From assembly GCF_902459465.1 (NCBI RefSeq), contig NC_047079.1, positions 11,594,001 through 11,658,000 of the forward strand: 64,000 nucleotides of DNA. The letters are read 5' to 3'. This DNA comes from Asterias rubens. Its lineage: Eukaryota. This document shows, piece by piece, positions 47,188-59,100 of this stretch; the stretch's first letter is position 1; each line of letters starts with the position of its first letter. The notes beneath the pieces are model-generated. The model had not been told where the DNA came from. It made no database searches and worked only from the letters and a program-made list of their open reading frames with translations. The position numbers and the translations under genes were made by a program.

Positions 47188-50100
47188 ATGGCGGACCACG
47201 TAAAGAAAAATCTTTCGAAGGATGATTTTGATGCCCAAAAATGTAAGTTTTCCACTCTCTTGTGTTGTTAGTTTTATCACACAGACTTAGAATAATTACC
47301 AAAGATGCTTTTGGGTTTACTAAATTTATATGAACTCGTTGAGTATAACTGGAGAAGAGGTGGTTAGAAAAAAATGTAAAGTTGTTGACGTGCTGTGCCA
47401 TATCTTTGATTTGAGACAGTATCATGCAAATTGCTTCGTATCCTGAGCGCAGAATGCATAATGTGCACTAGGCCTCATACGTTGGTTGTCGCGCTTAATG
47501 GAAATGCTCAGCGCACTTTCAAAAACGCGCTATATTATTAGTTTACACTGAGTTAGTTGGAAAACTTTAGTTTATTTTTGATACTTGGCTTTTGTCCCCA
47601 GATTTTTTTCCACATTTAGCCAACAAAGTGACGGACACCCTTTACAAAAAACAAAAACTATTACAATTTACATTTATTTTGTGAGATCCACTCTTCTCTT
47701 GTTTGACTTTATTTAATTATTTTCACAGTCTGACGTCTGCTGACTGACACTGTCACTAGTGACGGAAAAGTTTCCGTATGGCGCCACCACTTTTTCATGC
47801 GATATGAAATAATATAGTATCTTATTTACCTCAATTAGATAACCCTTTTTGTAAAGATTAGTGAAAAAGTGGTGGCGCCATACGGAAAGTTATCCCTAGT
47901 GACAGTGGAACTGGAAGTGTTTTTATTGAATATTACTATTTTAGTGTTTAGTGTGTCTGTCTAGGGTGTGTGTGTGAGACTAAAAAATATTGAAATACTG
48001 TATTTCAAAAAAACACCAAAACACCTTCATTGCTCTGTGAAAGTATACACATTTGTATCCTTAGATTGAATATATTTATATTGTCAAAGAGAAAAATAGT
48101 TACGAACATACCCGAAAATAGCTTCTTCTTCTTGTATTTATTTGTATAATTGTAGGTACCGGTTATTTAAAAATCTCATTCTCATGATTTATATACATCC
48201 TAATTTTTTTTTTTTTAAAGAATGTGTACCCTAGTGTTATTTTTTATTATGATTTCATAGCACGGGACTATGATTGTTACAAAAACTAAATATTTGTTCA
48301 CTGTAGCATAACCAAGGTCAAGTCATCCATTACAATTCATTGAACGAACCACTTATGAAACCAACCCAACTATAGTAGGGTAATTTTCTACAAGAATCAA
48401 ATGCCTTGGTTTAGAAAACCTGACCGCAGATTTTTATACAGTTGTTTACAATGAGTAATGCACTAAATTCCTATCAAAAATACCTCTTGCCCGGAACTAC
48501 AAATACTTGTTTAAATGTTGTATAGGCTTATGAGGAAAACAACTTGTCAACACCATTGTCCCCCAGAATGCAAAAAATGCACTCTTTGCAGGATTTTGCC
48601 ATTTATTGACAAAAAGTGAGGTCATGTAAACAAAAAAATAGTTACTTGGCATCCCCGCCCAACTGTCAAAAATGTTTCAGATTTGGACCTTTTCGAAATT
48701 TAAATTTGTAAACACTTAATGTAGAAAAACAAAATATTTGGCAATGTAACACAGAAGCTTAGTATTTTTCAGCCACAAACCAGAGAGACCAGTTGGAATT
48801 TCACATGTCAATCTCTATCTCTAGTCCGCCAGCTTTTCCAGAAGTCCATGTTTCATATTAAATGCAGTGCTTTTACCTACTGAACTTGCCAGCCAGACCA
48901 CTTGGAGAAAACTTTGACTGATCCTCAGATGATTTAACTTGCATTTAACAGCAGACCCATTTAGGGAGAACGCTTGTTTTGGGAGTGTCGTGGCCGAGCG
49001 GTTAAGAGCACCGAATTCCAACTCTGATGTTTCTGATCAGCAGAGTGTGGGTTCGAATCCCCAGCCGTGACACTTGTGTCCTTAAGCAAGACACATAACC
49101 ATTGCTTCGTCCTTCGGATGGGACGTAAAGCCGTTGGTCCCATGTGTTGTGTAAACGCATGTAAAAGAACCCAGTGCACTTATCGAAAAGAGAAGGGGTT
49201 CGCCCCGGTGTTCCTGGCTGGATTGGCAGCATATTGCGCCATAGCACCTTGTAAACCATTACATGGTGCTTAACGATTAGGTCTTATACATGTATCTCAA
49301 AATTCGCCCCACTCCTTGCAGTAATAATACCTGGCGCTTTGTATCCTTTGGCAAAAGGCGCGTTATAAATACGGTTATTATTATTATTATTATTTATTAT
49401 TAGTAACTCCTCATTTCATTTCATTTATTCTGGTTGTGAAGCCAAGAACTCTCGGAAAAGCAAACTTAATCACTATACTAGCCAAAAACCCAATGGTAAT
49501 AAGGCAGGGAAGGAAGTTACAGTTTTAGATGTAGGAGGAAAATCCTAGAGAATTATTCCAGGGAAAAAAACAGGCAGTCAGGTAGGGACTGAATTGAAAA
49601 CCCAATCCACACAATGCACTGCACCCAGTGGGATTCGAACTGGGGTCATAGAGGTGGAAGGTGACGAAAGACATTACTACGCCAACTTGGCCACCTAAAC
49701 CACCCCATTATTAGTAATAACTATTCTGGATTTGTTTTTCGTTTTTGTCTCAACAGATGTTTTTGACATCTGCTCTGGAGGTGATGTTTACAACGAACTC
49801 CTTGAGCATCGGCAGAAGGTTCAGCATCTCAGCGAAGACACAGCGATAGCACTCAAGAAAAATGTCTACAGGAACTATACGCAGTTCATTGAGACAGCGA
49901 AAGAAATATCATGTATCCTTTTATAGAAACAAGTAGGAAGTGTTTCAACTTTAAAGGATTTGGTTACTTTTTTGTAACACAAAACACAATGTCCACAGAT
50001 TTACATTTAATTTACACCATTTGAAGATAATGATAGTAGAAAGCATACCCTAAAATATCAGTTGCTGAGGTGCTGTAGTTTTTGAGAAATGAGTAACACA

Positions 50101-53100
50101 ATGTAATGAAAACACAGTTTTACATGCTAAAATAATTTTCATCTCATGATCACTGAGGCGAAAATTATTTTCATCACATTGTTTTACTTATTTCTAAAAT
50201 AATTCAGGCATATAATATTTTAAAGGAAGCTTTCTACCATCATTATCTTCAAGCTGTGTAAGTTTAGTGTAAATCTGTGGACATTGTGTTTTAAGTACAT
50301 AGACCCTTTAAATGATCATCTTATCTTTGAGAAGCAATCGCCATAAAAGCAAACTCATTTCTGTCAATCATACTGGTGATGTTCAATAACAACCAAATTT
50401 AAAGTGATTTGTTTCATTTGTTGAGACTTTGTTCATCACATAATTGTTCAGTCAGTCTTGACAGACTTTATTCCCATTCTGCTCAGGGGGCACAGCAGTT
50501 TTCCTCTAGTAAGGGACACTTCTATACTATCACCCACAGCACCCACAGCAATTGCCTTGGTGTCCTGTGCTTTTGCTGTGGTTCCAATACAAATTTACAT
50601 TTTCCTCAGAGAGGTGCCCCTTTCTAGAGGAAATTGCTTTGCCCCTTCAAGTTCAATACCCGCTATTCCTTTGTATGTTGCAATGCACGGCAAATTTCTC
50701 TTGGGTTACTTGTGTCCCTGAGCAAGACACTTAACTTGATTTGCTTCTCTCCAGCCAGGGGTAAATGGGTACCTGTAAGGGCAGAGATAGTTCTTTTGTT
50801 TGATTTAGCTTCGTAGCGCATATTTGTTGCACAAGCTATATATACTCCAGAGGGAGCTGAGATGGTTTTAAGGAATGAATTAAATGGCCCAGTGACTAGG
50901 TGTAATAATGTTGGAAGAGCTTTGAGACGCCCTTCAAGTGTGCAAAGCACGATATAAAAACCTATTATTATTCTTCCTGAGCTCCTTTATGGATCAGATC
51001 TTGAAGGAGAGATGTATCAACTGAGCCACGTCTTAACGGAACAGAAATCCATCATGAGCCAAATGCTAGAAATGTCCATTGGAAAGAAAGGTAAGTTTCT
51101 TAATGATTTATAAACAGATTAAATTAAATAAGGAAAACAGTCTGGTAAAATTTTAAATAATTTTGGGTTGAACAAAGAGAATAGACCGATCCAGTAGGCT
51201 CAGCCCACGATGCACGTGTGAGCATGAACACGTGGGGCTCTCCAATGCCTTTCTGCACAACTCTGCGGCGCGCGCCAAGCAGACGCGCACGCATGTCGGA
51301 CCTTAGTGTCGGACCTTCATTGTGTTGTGATTGGTCATTACACAATGGGGCGGGGCTTAATGGATCGGTCAGTTGACTAGAGCTTGACAACAAAATGTGT
51401 CCTCTGGCACGCTAACTTTTTTTTATGCTTTGAAAAGCACTGATATACAGCGCTTATGGCCTAACATCACATATTAGTGTATGGCAGAAAACCAAAATAA
51501 TATTATTTATCCCTTGTGAACTTATTACATTTATTAAACAATGAGTTTTATTGATTATGACTTCTCGATTATTCTGTTATTTTCTCGATTCTCTTGTTAT
51601 TTTCCAGAAGCTTCAGTAAGAAATAAAGACTTGCCGCAGAACAAAGATGACCAGAAGAGAACAATAGCCTCACTCCTGGATCGAGTAGAAGGATGCTCGG
51701 TCAGTAATCAAAAGAACTCCTAATTTATTAACTTTTGAATGTGGATTAGGTTAAAATAAAGGCAAACAAGTTCCAAAACAGTCTGGTGCCTTTCCAGCAC
51801 TGATGCATTTCTTACTGTATTTACCTGTCTGTTTTTTGCAGAGGATAACCGAGGTACCAGGTCGATACATTGTCCATGATGGCGACCTAGTGGAGTTAGA
51901 CACGGATACGTTCTCCGAGGTTCAACGAGTTCATGCTTACCTGCTCAACGATAGCTTAGTTATTACAACATTCGTTCCCAACAGGTAGAATAAACTTCAG
52001 GCTTTGAAATAACCCACAGCATTTGCTGTAGTGCCCTGTGCTTTTTCTGTGGTGCCCTCTGCAAGGTTCCAGTACAAACTTACATTTTTGTCTCATAGAG
52101 GTACCCCTTATCAGAGGGAAATTACTATGTAGTTAATTTTTTACTGACTTGGGGGAAAGACAAATTTGCCAACCTCTACCAGCTGTTTCAAGTTTACACT
52201 CCATCAAGGAATCTTTGATCAAAATCCATGCTTCTCCTCAATGAACCCAAGTCTCGACACTCATGGGGTGACAGGTCTTTTTCTTCAGCTGCGCCACGCA
52301 TCTGGAACTCTCTACCACTTAGTCTTAGATCTTGACTTTGTACCAAAAAATTCAAATCTCTTCTCAAAACTTATCTTATGTCGCAGGTTTTCAAGAATTA
52401 ATTTTGTTGTGTCTGTTTTTCTTTGTTTTTGTTTTTTGGTTTACTGCGCCTTGAACACCCAGCAGGGTGGATACGTGCGCATTACAAGTCTTATTATTAT
52501 TATTGATCTATTAAGCCCAATTTTGGTGGTCTCCCTATTGGTCAATGTCTTTGTTCAAAGTGCCAGTAAGAAGTCATGCAATGAGGTTTTAAACACTTGT
52601 TTTGCAGACGGGGACCAGTGAGGTACAAGTACCAGGCATTATATGAGCTGGACAGCCTTGCTGTTGTTAACGTCCGAGATGTTGGTCGTAAGTCACTTTT
52701 TGGAATTTCCATCATAACATAATCGATTAAAGCAAAACAACTACCCTTAGCATACGCCTTTGAATGTCTCAAATTTTGTTTGTGATTTGTAAAGTGTAAA
52801 CATTTCAAAACAATTAAGATTGAAGTAACTCACAGAGCTTTTGTAGTCTTCATGAAGAGTAAATACGATCGACAGAAATCATGTATAATAAAAACATAAT
52901 AGTAATAATATGTGGTATCTTTTATTTATAACTTGTTTTTCTTTTTGACTTCGTAGCTGTGAAAAATGCTTTCAAGATACTGATGTTTCCTGATCAGAGG
53001 ATTTACAGAGCGGACAACTCCAAGACAAAGGTACAGAGAGTAAACCTGGTTTTTATGATAAGAATAGTACTAAGTTTTTATACATGTATAATAGTGCTTT

Positions 53101-56100
53101 ATAATCTAAGACTAAGATCATCTTAAAGCTCTTGTTATTTATTACAGATAAGCTACATTTAAGTGTTGGAATGAGGAGATCCATTTAATTTAGCAAATTT
53201 ATACATTGAATCCCAAAAGGTAAACATGGAATTTCTTGTCATTGTTTTGAATTTTCTTTTCAGCGAACATGGCTGGATAAACTCGAAGAGGCGAAGAAGA
53301 CTAAAGCAGCTGCTGATACTCACAGGAGGGAGTTGGCTGAGCAGATGAGCGTAGAGTCCAACGATTATAATCGTGAGTATTGAGTAACGAGTAATGAGTT
53401 ATCAGGCCTGAGACTCCAAGACAGTTGCTACGACACTTGATTAGGGAACGCTTTTTGTGAGTTACGTAAGAGTTGTTGAACACCCATACACAATTCTGAA
53501 TGAGTGTGTATCGCACAATGCTACCAGGGTTTGCTCATCTGGAGTTTGCTATACAAAGGTTTGCCTCAAACCATTTGACTTGGCAATAAATAAAAAATAA
53601 TAATCATATTTTGCTATATTTTGGGGCGAGATAGCCAGGGTAAGGAAAACAAAATCCTAATGTTTTGGGTTATTTTTAAGTTGTATTATTTCATTTATTT
53701 GTATTACTTAGAAAATACAGTTTATTAAATTTTGATTTCAAATTGTGTATCATTATGAGAATTATAAAAATCCTGACCTCCCAAGATGACATTATAAGCT
53801 GCATAGAAAAATATAACATTTCATATTTTGTTGAGTTCTTTTTAAATTGTAATGAGAGTTTGGATATTTGCGATCGTATTTTCAGATAAGACAGATATAT
53901 ATGGATTCTTACTGAGTGAAGGTATATCTTGGTGTGATTTAGCATGACTGCCTGCAACTTTGATTCATTTGAAAATCTATCTCCAGAATGTATCTTCCAT
54001 GATTGTTTCTTAAAGTGATATGAACATACCAAGCCCTGCAGATAGAACTTGAAGTAATTGTGTCAAACTGCATGCAAAAGGATTTTTTTTGTTAGATGTT
54101 TCGTTAGAAATTACAAAGAAATATTACGACCAGAAGTCACCCAAACCGCATCCCATAGTGTTGCCTGTTATAGTTTTACCCTTATGAAAACAGGGCTGTG
54201 ACATCAGGGCCCAATTTCAACGAGCTGCTTTTAAAGCAGAAAGTATTGCTTAACATTTGTTTCTGCTAAGCATAACTATGCAAGATAACGGTTACATTCT
54301 GCACGCGTAAAATGGTTACTTAGCTTGAACCTTATTTTGGTTCGCATAATTTTGTTGTGCTTAGCAACTTGTTATGCTTAAGCAGCTACATGAAATTGGG
54401 CCCTGCTCTGGCTTAAGGTTTTGATCTGCCGTTTGAAGCCTTGTATCAAATGTGCATGTCTTCTGATTGGGCCTAAGCCAGAGCCGCTGAATCAGCTGCT
54501 GTGTGGCTGTTGCTAAGGGTGTTGCCATGGCATGGGCCTCTTATGCTTCAATGCATGTTGTCATGATGATCAAGCCACAGCCGCTTTTTCAGACATATCC
54601 TTAGGCTGTGTCCGAAACGGCGACTTTGGCTACAGCTACTGACTCGTTTGAGCCCTATCTTTCATCCACCATTTTGTCTTGTTACCCATGTGCAAGAACA
54701 ATGATCGATACTGATTCCTGTTATACCAAATGGTCTCTGACTATTTGTTCGTTTTGTATTGTTGACAGCGTTTGATGAAGATGATGATGTGATGTCACCC
54801 ACAATGCCAGTGGAATCGTCCAGTATGCTCAAAGTGGATTGGCTGATAGAACTACCTGAAGACCTAGACATGTGTATTGCCCAGAGGAACTTTGAAGAAG
54901 CTACTGATCTCATCATCAAAAGTAACTAAATACTGCCCTCTTGGGGTCAATATAGAATTGCATTCACTTTGCACACGCATCAAACCAGATTTCACTACCT
55001 TGCCAAACAACTCGAGACAGGAAACTTTTGCAATTGAAAATTCTCTTAAATGTTGTTATAATGAAGAGTTAATAACAACTGTTTTTTTCTTTAAGATCCA
55101 ACACTACTCAAAAGAGATATCCACATGGTTTTACTACAAATCTCTCTTAGATATTCTCTCTACCATGCAAAGTTTCATGACCTGCTTATAAAGAGTACAC
55201 AGAAAGAGTACTAAAAAACAAGTGTTAAAGTGTTTTCCTGTCAGATTAAGGTACAAAGAAGGATGGTGTCGATGATACGTACAAATCAGGCAATAAATCC
55301 TCTAGAAATACTGGAGCCCCAGAGTCAAAGTGGTTATTAGCCCTAATAATAAAGTACCATTTTAAAACAGACGGGGCCATTTGTATTTCTTCGTTAGAAA
55401 GAGTCCTTTTCTAAAGGAGATGAAATGTAAGAATTTCTTTTAATTAACAGAAAACTTTTTGTTTTACAGCGAATGAATACCTTGATTCCATTCCACAGAG
55501 TCCAGCGCTCAAAGAAATGAGGTAAGATAAATGAGAATTATTGCTAGAAATAACAATCTTATTTGTGTGTTAGTCCGTGTTCAAGCTAGGTATCTTAGAC
55601 TGCATTAGAGTTTTTGTTCCATACTTGAAGTAACTTTTAAATTTCTGTTGCTCCTTCATCAATGACAAGACCTCCAAGCGAAATCAAACATTGTACAAAC
55701 ATAAGTATGGTATAATTTGTTTTTACCCCTGCACCGATGTGTATTAAAAACTGCTAAACTACTATGTACTTTCCAAAATTTGATGATGATGGCATGTCTG
55801 CCATCCACTTTTTAAATTGAAATTACATTGAGAAAGTTCAGTCTAAAATGCATCAGTCTTCTGAAGGGCCTCATACATGGTACATTTGAAGGGAAAAAAA
55901 AAAAAAAAATTAAAAAATGTTATGCTTTTTGGAAATGGTTACAAATAAATTTTTATTATTTGCAGGGCTAGAGTTGACCACAGAGTGAAGCAGTTGACTG
56001 AGGTGCTGACTCGTGAGTTACAGGTATCACCCGACCGGTCACTCAGAGGTGGACCTCAGGTGACTCGAAGGGCAGTCACAGAACTCATCCGCCTTGGAAG

Positions 56101-59100
56101 AGCAACTCAGGTATGTGAGTAACCTCGAGCCCTCAGAGGTTTTCTCATCGAGCCTCGGCCTGTAGGCAGATGTTTTATGCTTACGGAGCGGCCATTGGCA
56201 GAACTTCTATTTTATTAATATTGCTTGCCCGTGTCCCAGGTCCACTGTAGATTCTGTCCCCCATATGGGAAATTAACATGGGCTAGAGGAGGACGATTCA
56301 AAAGAGGGCGCTATCAGAAGAAGTTTGTACACAGTTTGCCATATTGGGGGGACAGAACCTGCGGGGGATAGAATCTCCTGCCACACCATAAGCAAAGTAA
56401 AACGCACGCTAGCTTTCCGCCCGTTCTTGTTGACAAACGAGTGATGCTACAATGCACATACTCACTAAATGAAATCATACTGTTTATGAAATGGGCTTTA
56501 CTTTTGATTGTTTTCTCTTAAAGTAAGCACAAATATTTGCTTAGCGGTAATACAGCTTTATGAAATTGTCCCCAGGTTAATTTCTTACACAATTCAAAAC
56601 TAACATTAGGTGTTACCAGTTGCAACAATGTAAATTCTATGGAATTTTGGCTGGTACCCAGTTTCTTTTAAGCAAGATTTTTCTGTGCTTAGCAAAAACA
56701 ATTCTGTGCTGAGCAAGTTTTTATGCTTACGAGACCCAGATTACTTGGTGATTCTTCAGAGATAATAAAACTTCTATGGATTCCTTTTTCTCAATTTAAA
56801 ACTTTCTTGATTTGTCTGTTCCTGGTAGGCGTGTGATTTATTCCTGAAGAACCGTAGCGCATCCATTAAACAATCTCTTCGTCAGTTGAGGATAGAGGGT
56901 GCTACAAGCATGTACATCACAAAGCTTTGCGGTGTTTTCTTTAACAACATCATTGAGACGGGCAAAGAGTTCCGCATCACATTTTCTGAAAATCAAGGAT
57001 GTTTCTCAGGTAGTTATTTAACCAAACCTTAATCTTACCCTAATGTTAACCATACCTTATTGTGATGATGTTCCCTCTCAAATTTGCCAAAATTACAAGC
57101 TACTGGGACAAGTCTATTGTCTCATTTGCCCTTGGTAACAGAAAGTGGATAATGACAAATACTCGAGTGACTGGTAAAAGTCTATTGCCTCATTTTCCTG
57201 TGTATCAAGAAAATGTGTTGTTACAAATGCTTGAACAATTAGTAATAAGTCTACAGTGTATATCCTCATTTTCTTGGCCAGCCAATGCTCAATCCAGGCT
57301 AACCCAGGAATAAAACAAATTAAAAATCTTTGACTTGTTCCTTTTGTGCAGTAGTGATGATGAATATTGATTTAACTTTTTAGTTGTTTCTGATTATATT
57401 TCTTTATTCAGGGTCCGTTGATAAAATAACTACTATGATTCGGTTTAGTATAATATTATTTCAAACTTTGTTTGCAGCGTTTGTCGTTTGGAGCAAAGCT
57501 GAGTTGAAAACCTTCGCTAATCACTTCTCGCGTCAAGCCCTCGCTAAGAAGACAAGTGTAGCCATCGTAGCAGAGTGTGTTGGAATCGCTCGGACATACT
57601 GCCAGCAACTCTCAGTGATTGGTCTGGAGCTACTGTTTGCTATGAACACATTATTATTGAGAGGAATACGGGAGGCAATGCAGTACAACAAAGAACAGCT
57701 TATTGAAGCTTCCAGACATCGAAATGTGGTAAGTTGCAGGCGTGGGATTTCATCTTTGAGAGGGCAAGGCCATTTCAGGCCTTATGCTTCGTTTTTTCCT
57801 TAATAGTAAAAGGCACCCTACTACTGGAGTATTTCAAGGGCACCAAGGCAAGGCCGTTTCAGGCCTTATGCTTTGTTTTTTCACCCTACTAGAGCATTTC
57901 AAGGGCACCAAGGCAACCACCTTCGTTGCCTCTGTGAGGTACCAGGCCTGCCAATGGTATACCTAAAGGGCACTTCCATTTGTTTGAAGGGCACCACGGT
58001 CAAGAAAAGGGCAAGGAAGGCCATGGCCTCCTTTGCCCGTTTGTATTCCCTGGAAAGAAACAGTTTAAATTGACCTTTTCATTTTCGTTTTTCAATATCA
58101 TAGTGTCGGTTTCTACTCCTCTCCTAGATTGAACCCGGCTGTACAGAGTATTGTTTAGTATTTTAGAAGTCTCATGAGGTTCTCCTTATTGTTTGTTTTC
58201 TTTAAAGGATGAACGATGGTACCCACTGAATCTGAAGAATCCCAACGCAGCTAATAACCTCATCCAAGAAATGTTCCAACTTGGCTTTGAAGATTTCAAC
58301 ACTCTGGTTTATGGTACGTCATCTTATTGAACTTTTACCCATTGAGTCATTCTTATAATCATTGCTGCAATATTAGTGTTCATGAATGATAGGGGTATGT
58401 GGTGAATTAGTGACATCAATTCTACAAGACACCTATTGGCTCCCTGCTTAAGCCCACATTCATAGAGTTGTCTAATATATTGCTTAACTATTGTCTGCTG
58501 AACAGAAATGAGCAGGATACAAAGGACACAAAAGATGCAATACCGAACATACTTTGTTTTGCATGTTTGATCTTTGTTGTTTATTTTTATAGTTATCAAT
58601 TTGATTTAATGTATTTTTTTCTTACAGACAGTTGCTTTGTAAGTCTTTCCAGCAGTAATGTTGCTTTTACCAAGGTGCTTCTGTCATTTCTACTCGATGC
58701 ACTCAAGCTTTATGTTCCAGAGGTAAGTCTTCAATGAAACTCCTTGATTACACAAAACTGGGGGTACTTTGACTGGGCAACAGGTGCCTGATCATACCTA
58801 GCAATATCCAGCACCCTCTTATCTATAGTTGTTCCCAGATGTAACATGGGCCACTGATGATACAATGTGCGTGTTGTATTAGGGCGAAGGGGATGGCATA
58901 CCCAAACTGGGCATACTTGGACTGGGTAACTAGGTGCCTGATCATACCTAGCAATATCCAGCACCCTCTTATCTACAGTTGTACCCAGATGTAACATGGG
59001 CCACTGATGATACAAGGGGCGTGTTGTATTAGGGTGAAGGGGATGGTATACCCAAACTGGGCATACTTGGACTGGGTAACTAGGTGCCTGATCATACCCA

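Noticed and set aside
48985-49075. tRNA-Leu/Ser-like sequence as a tRNA gene
   Set aside because: No clean anticodon arm. It runs straight into a CORE-like body and (TTA)n tail, and diverged copies occur elsewhere, so it is a SINE head.
52166-52621. 151-aa plus ORF in EXOC8 intron 5
   Set aside because: It overlaps the decayed L2/CR1 fragment in a different frame and is out of frame with EXOC8 exon 6.
57750-58060. aagggcacc-rich segment with an internal duplication as a novel element
   Set aside because: It belongs to an abundant degenerate repeat family also seen at about 4960, 13010, 34000, 39150, 50470 and 52020. No ends or coding signal could be defined.
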